A DNA stretch of 61,668 nt, filler included, from Candidatus Omnitrophota bacterium (GTDB lineage Bacteria; Omnitrophota; Gorgyraeia; Zapsychrales; JBDRMG01), in NCBI GenBank assembly GCA_043812495.1. It is 9 parts of 9 records of this genome, joined end to end, with 100 filler letters (N's around TTAATTAATTAA, not from the genome) between each part and the next. Parts side by side here need not be neighbours in the genome. Positions count along the whole stretch, not along the records: positions 5,634 to 11,584 come from JBDRMG010000035.1; positions 11,685 to 16,874 come from JBDRMG010000036.1; positions 16,975 to 21,515 come from JBDRMG010000037.1; 6 more parts are not named here. One strand, written 5' to 3'. A model generated the notes under the pieces. That model made no database searches. It had not been told where the DNA came from and saw only the letters and a program-made list of their open reading frames with translations. Shown piece after piece: positions 8,601 to 16,975 of this stretch; position 1 is the stretch's first letter, and each line of letters opens with the position of its first letter. Both the position numbers and the translations under genes were made by a program.

Positions 8601-11584
8601 GTTGCAAGGGGCAAAATCGGCGAAAGGAATAGAAGAATTCTCCGCCGATTTTGCCCGATACCTCAAGCGCCTCTTTACGCATAGATTAACAAGCGAAAAA
8701 TGGCTCTTTAAAGACGTCATTACCGAATTCCGGGGGCTCAAAGACCGATATGATCGGCTCCAACCGTCCTCAAATTCCGAATCAAACAACATTTATCTTT
8801 TGGCGCCCTTCGACCTTTCTTCTTTGCCCTTCGGTCAGAATGACTTATTTTTGATGCTGCTTTTTGTGCTTTCGCTGGCGGCGGTATTGGCGGCCATTAT
8901 CGATCAAAATAAAAATGCGGATGAAGACAAAGGTCTAATCGAGAGAGCCAAACAGGAATGGAGGACGCGCGGCCGATATGTCGCGTTCGCGTCCTATCTG
9001 GACCAAAAATATTTTGAGGACTCATTCGGAAAGCAAGCGATGAAGGCCGTTTTTCGAGTCCTGAATCAACTTTATGGTAAAGGTTGTCTTGGAGAAACAA
9101 CAAAAGTTAGCCTTTTAAGAATATTTCGCTATACGCGCATGTTCACGGATCAATATGAGGCAAATTATGCGCGGGTCATCGAGGCGCTGATCAAAGGCGA
9201 AGATCGTTTGCTTCTTGCAATGTTCCAAATCGCTATTGACGTGTTTGAGCACAGAATGAATAACTCGCTTAGCTATTTCTTAAGATATCCTAGCCAGGTT
9301 GAGGAATTTTGTCGGCACATTCGGAGGATACTTCTTGAAAAACGTCTTTTGGACGATCGAATGATCCAGATTCTCGTTCCCGGATGCGCTTTTGGCGAGG
9401 AAATGATTAGCTGGATGGAAATTCTCGAAAAGGAAATCAGTCCGCTTGAGCCTGATCTTGAACAATTTAAAATTCAGTGGGTCGGCGTGGAGGTGGAAGA
9501 GGCCGTCGTGGCGCAGGCCCAAGAATATTTAGCCCAAGGATATAACATTCTCGCGGCTATGGATAGTGACTTTGATGCAGAATGGTCAATCGTTGAGGAA
9601 AAGCTTAATCTCATGGATAAGGTCAACGGCAATCTGGCGTATTATAGGGAAAGAATCTCGCTTATTCGCGGGGACATTGTTGACCCGGCTCTTCATCATC
9701 TCCTTAGAGAATCCGATTTAATCATTATAAACAATCTTTGGACCTATTTGAATAATCGACAGGAAAAGCAATTAGCCGGGGCGCTGGCTTCGTCATTTGA
9801 TTCTCCTTACAAGCCAGTGCTCATGGGCCGCGATCATAAAAACATAAAAAATTTTCATCTCATGTCTCTTCGTGGATTTAAGCCAAGAGACATTGATTAT
9901 ATGGGCGGGATTTGGCCGGCTCTGCCATTCGATCATTTGACGTTCGCGGGCCAGGACGGATTCACGCTTTTCCTTTTATCCCTCGCGTTGACCTTTCTTG
10001 TCTTCGGCCTGACCGCGGTCTTTAGTCAGGACCACGAAAACAATAAAGTCAACCCCAACACCGCCTCGCGCGAAGAATTACAAAGGGCATTTCCGTTCCT
10101 TTCCAAGGGAGCCATCAAATCCATTCTTACCCAGCGGCCTTTTAGAGACGCAGAAGATCTTTTGAACCGCACCAAAGGCATCGGCCGGAGTACGTTGCAA
10201 CGAATGAAATCCAGATTACAGTTTCCGCAGGTTGAAAGAACAGAAGAAGAAATCAAATTATTTGGAGCGAGCCCTGATGATCCGCTTCCCAGTTTGAGCG
10301 ACGCGCTCAGAAGCGAAATAGAAACAGCTAAATCTGCGAGACTTGGACCCGACCAGCTTCTCGCTTTAAGGAAGAGGAAGCCGACAGAAGAATATGTGTA
10401 TGTATTTGCCATGCAATCCATTTGCATTGATGTTCAAAGGGCTATGGAAAAAGTGATGACACTGATTGACTTTTATGACTCCCAAGCTTTCCGGGATTTG
10501 CAGTCTTTGATAAAAGGAAGCGCAAATTTAACGGAAGCCCTTGCCAATCGCATTCGAAAGCACACAGACCAGTTTAGAGAAATCTTTTCTCTTGTCGATA
10601 AAGCTCTCGGCACACCTGCCGGCCATTGGCCGACCGTGCTAGGCAAGTTGGCAGAAGAATATTTTCTTATTAAAAAAGAGTTTCCCGGGCTGAATATGGT
10701 TCCTGCAGAAATAGTGAAATCTTTATTCGTATTGAATTATGAGATCTATCCGGATGGATTCATTACGCAGGACGTCCTTGATATCCAAAGAAAGCTCCAA
10801 GACAATGGCGTTCCAATCCTCATTATCGACATTCGAAGTAAACAATTTTTATGGCCTCAGGATATCCTCGTTTGGGTGGATGACCAAAATTACATTATAT
10901 GTAAAGAAACCAATCTCAATCTTTCTCTTGGCACAGGAGGAACCTTTATTATAGAGCAAGGAGGGCAAAATCCTTTTGCCTTAGTCAGTAACCTTGTTCC
11001 CCGAGACCAGATTGATTGGCTCAAAAGAAAATATCCCCACATGGACATCGTCACGGTCCGATCAGGATTTGTGACAAGCGAATACCTGAACCGACATGTT
11101 CAGATGCACACACCCGGGCATATCGATAATGTGATCAATGTTATTCCGGCCGGATTGACAAGTGATAACCGCACCAAAATTCTCATCGATCCTCAATACT
11201 TGCCTTTTGAGGAGAAAAACATAAGAGAGCTTGCCAAAAGACAAAATCTGGACATTGTTTTGGTTGATGAAGCTGAGCTAGATCTTCAGATGTGCAATTG
11301 CTTTGTTATCGACGGCCACCTCATCATTAATAAAGGGCCAGAAACAATTGAGGCGTTGAACCTTAGAGATGGTGTCGCGATTTATCCGGATATTCCCAAT
11401 ACCGAATCGTCTTTGATGGGCGGATTCTATCGATGTCGGGCCAATTTGATGCCCGCTTATATGGCTCGGAAATTTAAACTTGATTATTCCCTGTGGTCTT
11501 GCCACAGGGATACCATATGGAGGGAAAGTTTGAAAACCGTAGGTTTTCAAGGTAATATGGTAACCCATGGGACAAGTACACAAA
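5635..11584 (+). CDS. Fragment of a giant multidomain protein (transglutaminase-like, kinase-like, CheR-like methyltransferase, HhH, amidinotransferase-like); partial at both ends
   Basis: Frame is open across the whole contig; motifs KCVGFSQAY/HMYIYLD, HPHLLNI, VPGCAFGEE, VNPNTASREEL/KGIG, HIDN/GGFYRC. Confidence 0.8.
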
Positions 11585-11684
11585 NNNNNNNNNNNNNNNN
11601 NNNNNNNNNNNNNNNNNNNNNNNNNNNNTTAATTAATTAANNNNNNNNNNNNNNNNNNNNNNNNNNNNNNNNNNNNNNNNNNNN

Positions 11685-12047
11685 ATCGATAAGCTCCAAA
11701 TACAGAAAAAACTCGCTAAAATGAATGCTCATTCCGGCGAGTTTCTGCAAGGCAATATCCGCTTTGCCATGCAATACATCGACAAAGCCCCGCCTGAGGC
11801 TCAAAGAAGCCTTTTGCGGGCACTGATAAAAGACATCATTATTTATGAGAACAAAATAGCCATTAATATGTTTATTGACCAGCCAATTGAAGAAGTCTTG
11901 CCAAGCACAATTCCCCAAATCAACCCTAAAAATGGAAAAAGCCTTATCCCGATATCAAATCGAGATAAGGCTTCTGTCCCGAACAAAGCCGAAGGTGTGG
12001 CCAATAAGGCCAGCGTTTCGACTCCGTGTCCAGTTTGGGGTGGGTGA
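11685..12047 (+). CDS. C-terminal fragment of a probable large serine recombinase
   Basis: Open from the contig edge; coiled coil followed by QRSLLRALIKDIIIYENKIAINM; the stop lies within the tRNA-His 3' end. Confidence 0.6.
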   Translation: MDKLQIQKKLAKMNAHSGEFLQGNIRFAMQYIDKAPPEAQRSLLRALIKDIIIYENKIAINMFIDQPIEEVLPSTIPQINPKNGKSLIPISNRDKASVPNKAEGVANKASVSTPCPVWGG

Positions 12048-12114
12048 GGGGATTTGAACCCCCGACCCCAAGATCCACAATCTTGTGCTCTAACCAAGCT
12101 GAGCTACACCCACC
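12036..12114 (-). tRNA. tRNA-His (GUG)
   Basis: G-1 plus GTGGGTG/CACCCAC acceptor stem; anticodon arm CAAGA-TTGTGGA-TCTTG; T loop TTCAAAT; encoded CCA. Confidence 0.96.
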
Positions 12115-12205
12115 ATCCCGACGCTTCAACTTCGTTGAAGGTCGGGATGCTCCGACCCCCGACGTTTTCTATTTAATAAATTATTGAAGTCGGGGCGTCG
12201 GAGCA
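12114..12205. repeat. Two tandem CCCGAC/GTCGGG hairpins
   Basis: catcccgac...gtcgggatg and gctccgaccccgac...gtcggggcgtcggagc. Confidence 0.65.
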
Positions 12206-12230
12206 CCTTTAAACCTCCAACGAAGAATAT

Positions 12231-12497
12231 TTAATCTTTTCTTATCTTAATAAATCCCTCACGAATTATTGTCTCAATGTAATCTTTCCTTTTAAGCTTT
12301 TTTAAGTGTAATTCTACTTTTTGAGCAGCACTTATATTATCATATTCCTGTTTAAATGCCAGCTTTAAGGGTCGCCATCCTTTGGTTGAAATTACCTTTC
12401 CAAAATTATGTTCTTTGATCCTTTTATCAAGATTTTCCGTGCTTCCGATATAATATCTTTTGTTTTTTTCGCTTACTAATATATAAACATAAGCCAT
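12231..12497 (-). CDS. Small GIY-YIG nuclease family protein
   Basis: YVYIL...YYIGSTENLDKRIKEHN, with the conserved Glu in AQKVE. Confidence 0.92.
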   Translation of the reverse strand: MAYVYILVSEKNKRYYIGSTENLDKRIKEHNFGKVISTKGWRPLKLAFKQEYDNISAAQKVELHLKKLKRKDYIETIIREGFIKIRKD

Positions 12498-12575
12498 TTC
12501 AATTCACTTTCAACAGAAAAGCCGAAGACCCACCATAGCCAATACATTTTTCATTTTCTGCCCCTCTAAAGAAAT

Positions 12576-12830
12576 CTATTTTACCAAGTTAATAACTTCT
12601 AGAATCTCTTCTCTTTTTTCTTTGGAATAATCAAGGCCGTAAAACCTCAAAAATATTTCTTTCTTTATGTCCTGGGGTGTCGCCCACGGCTTTTGATTAA
12701 GGATAGAGCTTCGGACAATTTCCCTCGCGGCGTCAAACATCGAACATCCCATGAGCAGTCTTTCTTCCCCGCTCTTTTTCATTAGAAGCGCATGATAGCG
12801 TGAAATCATTTTCTTTGGCGTATCATTCAT
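12576..12830 (-). CDS. Small protein coupled to the nucleotidyltransferase (putative antitoxin or partner)
   Basis: 84 aa; overlaps the stop of the upstream gene; SGEERL and IFLRFYG. Confidence 0.7.
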   Translation of the reverse strand: MNDTPKKMISRYHALLMKKSGEERLLMGCSMFDAAREIVRSSILNQKPWATPQDIKKEIFLRFYGLDYSKEKREEILEVINLVK

Positions 12831-13371
12831 GGGTAGCTTTATGAAACATGTCTTTTAATTGAAGTTTATTTAACCATTCTTCAATATAGGAACGATCAAG
12901 ATTTTGTCCTGTGTTCAACAAGTTTTTTACGTCTTTTAACTGCATTTCCGACCGGCTATCCTTGGCCCAAAGCAACTTGGCTAAAATGAGATCTTCCGCT
13001 GAAATCAACCAGAGTTCGTGGCCCTGGAAAGAGGCTCTGATTTTTCTATTGAAAACGGAAGTCTGAAACGCCGATTCTTTTCGAATGATAAAATCGATCT
13101 TCACGACATATTCCTTGTGAATGAGGTTGAATATTCCTTTGTTGAAGACTTCCCGGCGAACCATTTCATCATCGACGTAAAAATCGTCCTTAAAAATAGC
13201 GATGAACGGATCGACGGCGTTTTCTTTGAGCTCAATCACGATATCGATATCCCTTGTCATACGCGGCAACGTATAATAATTGGCCGCGATCGAGCCGGAA
13301 ACCATATAAGGAATATTCGCTTTTTCCAGGCACTGCGCAACTATTTTTAGTGTTTTAAGTTCTTCGTTCAT
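12823..13371 (-). CDS. Nucleotidyltransferase (Pol-beta superfamily, DUF6036/AbiEii-like)
   Basis: YMVSGSIA, PRMTRDIDIV and EDLILAKL motifs. Confidence 0.85.
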   Translation of the reverse strand: MNEELKTLKIVAQCLEKANIPYMVSGSIAANYYTLPRMTRDIDIVIELKENAVDPFIAIFKDDFYVDDEMVRREVFNKGIFNLIHKEYVVKIDFIIRKESAFQTSVFNRKIRASFQGHELWLISAEDLILAKLLWAKDSRSEMQLKDVKNLLNTGQNLDRSYIEEWLNKLQLKDMFHKATHE

Positions 13372-13427
13372 ATTCTGCAATCGGGTCAAAAGATCATCGG
13401 CCGTGGATATGAATACCTAAGCCTTGT

Positions 13428-14477
13428 TCAATCGCCCTGCACAATCGCGCCTTGAAACGACATCTTCTCGATTTTAAAATCGTCCATCTTGGTCTTGAAA
13501 TGAAAATCGCTGGCGATTTCGGCGCCGATCGACCGCAAGCCCTGCACGATGTAATCTTCGATGGAAAAAGAGTCTTGAGCGTTCTCTTCTTTTTCCGCGG
13601 CCGGAGCGGTCTTGAGCCTCAGCTGGCCTTGCACCGTCATGTCATTGTTTTTGGAAACCAAATTCGCGGACAAATTGACCATCATACCCTTGAAACCTGA
13701 ATCATTCTCGCCACTATAATATCTTGAGAAAAGCTCGCTGTCCAAATCTTTAATGGCAACGGTTGTTTGCATGTCCTTTTTGCCGAGATTGACCCATCCG
13801 TGACTCTCAATGACCCCTTGCGTCTTTTTCTGATCGGAGCTGACAACTTTTGCGTCCACATCGAATTCCGTGACAAACGCGCGAAAAGGATAAGAAAACC
13901 GCCTGACGCGGACATTGATTTCTTTGGCCGTATAACTGAGATTTTTCTCGCCGGAACGATCGATGAAATCAACCTGCCCGTCGCGGATAATCAATTTCCG
14001 GACATAAATATTAATAGCGCTCCTGCTTTTAGACTCGCTTGTTTTGACCGGCGCAGTTTCCTTTGCCGTGGGAAGTGGCTGAACCGGGCTTTGCTGAGGT
14101 TCCGTGGTGGATCCTTCGGTTGTGGGTTCGGCCGGCGAAGATTCTTCGGTTTTTATTTGCGTCCTTTGAATTATAACCGTTGGCTCGCTCAGATACACAT
14201 AGGGAAAATACAGCTCTTTCTTAAAAAGGTATAAGGGGCCCAGGCCGATATTGGCTTCTTTGGCCTTGCCGTACCCTTCGATACTGATATCCCTGACGCG
14301 TAAATTAAACGGCAAAGAGAAACGGACATCCCCGAGGCTCACAGGCACATTGAGGGCTTTATTCAATTGATCCGTTAAGATCTCTTTTCCGTTTGCGCCG
14401 ACGTAATACGCAAGGCCGACGAAAAGACCAAACAATAGAATAAGGATTAGAGCGGCAACTCTTTTGATTCTTTTCAT
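13428..14477 (-). CDS. AsmA/DUF748-like protein
   Basis: N-terminal membrane anchor, beta-rich body and IRDGQVDFID. Confidence 0.7.
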   Translation of the reverse strand: MKRIKRVAALILILLFGLFVGLAYYVGANGKEILTDQLNKALNVPVSLGDVRFSLPFNLRVRDISIEGYGKAKEANIGLGPLYLFKKELYFPYVYLSEPTVIIQRTQIKTEESSPAEPTTEGSTTEPQQSPVQPLPTAKETAPVKTSESKSRSAINIYVRKLIIRDGQVDFIDRSGEKNLSYTAKEINVRVRRFSYPFRAFVTEFDVDAKVVSSDQKKTQGVIESHGWVNLGKKDMQTTVAIKDLDSELFSRYYSGENDSGFKGMMVNLSANLVSKNNDMTVQGQLRLKTAPAAEKEENAQDSFSIEDYIVQGLRSIGAEIASDFHFKTKMDDFKIEKMSFQGAIVQGD

Positions 14478-14517
14478 AGAAAACGTCTTTCTGTTGTATT
14501 AATTTCTGGCCTATCTT

Positions 14518-14556
14518 GCGCCCCGCCCGCCATTGATTCAGTGGCGGGCGGGGCGC
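14518..14556. repeat. REP-like hairpin, CCGCCATTGATTCAGTGGCGG family (representative copy)
   Basis: Other copies near 15050, 15203, 21799, 33226, 33582, 35295, 38504, 42167 and 53044. Confidence 0.9.
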
Positions 14557-14569
14557 CCTTGTAATTATG

Positions 14570-14914
14570 CGACCCCGGGCCGATTCTTCATGACGACGTG
14601 ATTTGTGGAGCGGAAGCGAACACAAATCACTGTCGGAATGAACCCCGCCGTCTTTTGGCGGGGAACAACAATTGCTACTCTGCTCCGTACCAAGAATTTG
14701 TAATCAAAAGCGTCCCTGGCACGATTCGAACGTGCGACCCTTTGCTTAGAAGGCAAATGCTCTATCCACCTGAGCTACAGGGACAATTCAAAGTATTTGC
14801 CAAATAACAAATTCTTGGTACGGAGTTAATTCGCCCTTATGATTTACGTTCATTCGCTTTTGCTCATTCCGTAAATCATGGGCTCATTAATCTATCCACC
14901 TGAGCTACGGGGTC
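14570..14914 (-). pseudogene. Split tRNA relic (probably Arg) interrupted by hairpin inserts
   Basis: 5' piece GACCCCGTAGCTCAGGTGGATAGA (14914-14891) and 3' piece GAATCGGCCCGGGGTCG (14586-14570) form a perfect 7-bp acceptor stem; the anticodon arm is lost. Confidence 0.7.
14711..14784 (-). tRNA. tRNA-Arg (UCU)
   Basis: GTCCCTG/CAGGGAC acceptor stem; anticodon arm TTTGC-CTTCTAA-GCAAA; T loop TTCGAAT; CCA not encoded. Confidence 0.95.
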
Positions 14915-15291
14915 AAATATCCTTAATTTTTTATCAGAGAAATTTGACCCTGCTTCGCATTCTTTAATTTCATTTCTAGAAAATGCGAAGTGGGGTCAAT
15001 ATCAAATATCTAATTAACCCGTACCAAATTTTTGTGCGGGGTTAAATCTGCCCGCCATTGATCCATTGGCGGGCTTATTTAAATGATAAGTATTTATATC
15101 AGAATTACTAATAAAAGTAAAGTTGAAGTTAAAAGGATGATGAGAAACTAATCAACCTGGTGGGCAATTAGCATAAGACAAAATGAAGGGGCAAAAAATG
15201 ATGGGTCGGCCCGTCATTGATTCAATGGCGGGCCGACCCTGATCCGTCTTCTCAAAAATTAAAGACCAATGAAGCGCGCACGCACCGCACG

Positions 15292-16452
15292 CTAAAAAGC
15301 AGGAATGAAGGACTTGATCTTCTTGATAAGCAGGCTCATGCAAAAAGGTTTGACGACATAATCGTCGGCGCCCAGAGAAAGCCCTCGCCGGACCTCATCG
15401 TCCTTGCCCTTGATCGTCACCATGATCACGGGGATTTCGCGTAGGCTCGGATCGTGCCTGATCATATCGAGCACTTCATAACCTTCAATGCCCGGCATCA
15501 CTACGTCCAAGAGGACCAAGCTGGGATTGAGTTTCCTTACCAGCTCAAGCCCTGATAGGCCGTCTTTGGCGGCAAAGACTTTGTATCCAGACGATTCGAC
15601 CTTGGATTTGATCAAACGCGTGATGCCCTCATCGTCATCAATAAGGACAACGGAGCCCAGTGAAATATACCGGCTGATTTTCTCAGTAAATAACTTTTCG
15701 TCGTAATTTCCCAGATACGCCGTCGCCCCTTTTTCCAGGCACCGTTCGGCCGAGACCATGACCTTTATGGCCTCGTCCTCTTTTTGCTTGAAGACATGGT
15801 GTTCCTTAGGCCGACTATAAATCACAATGGGTACTTTCTTGAACTGCGGCATTTGCCTGAGAATAGAAACAAGTTCGGACGAACTGAGATCATAAATCTC
15901 CGTTTCTAAAAGAATGACCTCCGGAAGAAACATCACGGCCTTGGAGATTACCTGGTTTCCTGAGGTCACAAAATCCGTATGGCAGCCTTCCTTTTTCAGA
16001 TGCTCCACGATTTTCTCTAAGCACGCGTTATGGCTGCCGGCCACGAGAACGCGCCGCGCGGTCTTTTGATGATCGCGTACGTCGGAAGGCTGGTGAACGA
16101 TCTTCTCGATGGCTTCGAGAATTTGTTCTGGCCGGAAAGGCTTGATGATAAAACAGTCCACCCCCATCATTTCAAAGTAATCGTGCAGATTCTTGCGAAC
16201 GGTAACGACGATAATACGAATTTTCTTTCCGAAATGCGTTTCCTGAATTTTTTTAATAAGCTGCGTTCCGTCCACATTAGGCATGATGATATCGGTGATG
16301 ATTATATCGGGAATAACTTCATTGGCGATACGAAAGGCCTCTTCGCCGTCTTTGGCCAGAAAAACCTGAAAACCATTTTTTTCGAGAAAATGGCCGATGG
16401 CTTCACGGCTGTCAATTTCGTCTTCAACGACTAAAATTTTCTTTTCGCTCAT
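15292..16452 (-). CDS. Protein of three tandem receiver domains
   Basis: REC1 IITDIIMP, degenerate REC2 ILLETEIY, REC3 VLLDVVMP; no output domain. Confidence 0.88.
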   Translation of the reverse strand: MSEKKILVVEDEIDSREAIGHFLEKNGFQVFLAKDGEEAFRIANEVIPDIIITDIIMPNVDGTQLIKKIQETHFGKKIRIIVVTVRKNLHDYFEMMGVDCFIIKPFRPEQILEAIEKIVHQPSDVRDHQKTARRVLVAGSHNACLEKIVEHLKKEGCHTDFVTSGNQVISKAVMFLPEVILLETEIYDLSSSELVSILRQMPQFKKVPIVIYSRPKEHHVFKQKEDEAIKVMVSAERCLEKGATAYLGNYDEKLFTEKISRYISLGSVVLIDDDEGITRLIKSKVESSGYKVFAAKDGLSGLELVRKLNPSLVLLDVVMPGIEGYEVLDMIRHDPSLREIPVIMVTIKGKDDEVRRGLSLGADDYVVKPFCMSLLIKKIKSFIPAF

Positions 16453-16975
16453 TATTCTTCTCCGTACGGCGCCCCCTTGATAATTTCCCAGCGTTTTTTA
16501 TGATTCTTTATCAGCCGAAAAAGATTTAAGGAGAAGTCGCAAAAGTCAGGTTTAAACAGCAGCGGCACTCTAAATCACTTCTTAAGGGCCTCTTCAGGAC
16601 CCTTAGTTAGAGTATAGACTACGGATGATGCCAGGACAAACAGTGTTTGCGAAAAAAGTTGGATTGAGGAAACGTTTTCCGGCGTCAGAATAGTGATATA
16701 ACCTTCTCATCCGCAGAGTGTTACAAGTTGAATAAAATCCGGCGACGAAAAAACAGAAAAATGTTACCTTTTAAAGAGGGAAGTTGTTCTTTGTTGTCTT
16801 TCTTGCTTGAGAGAAGAAGGCGCTTGTCAAGGTTTGAGTCTTCGCGGGAAATTATATGAAGGGGGGCCGATTTTNNNNNNNNNNNNNNNNNNNNNNNNNN
16901 NNNNNNNNNNNNNNNNNNTTAATTAATTAANNNNNNNNNNNNNNNNNNNNNNNNNNNNNNNNNNNNNNNNNNNNA

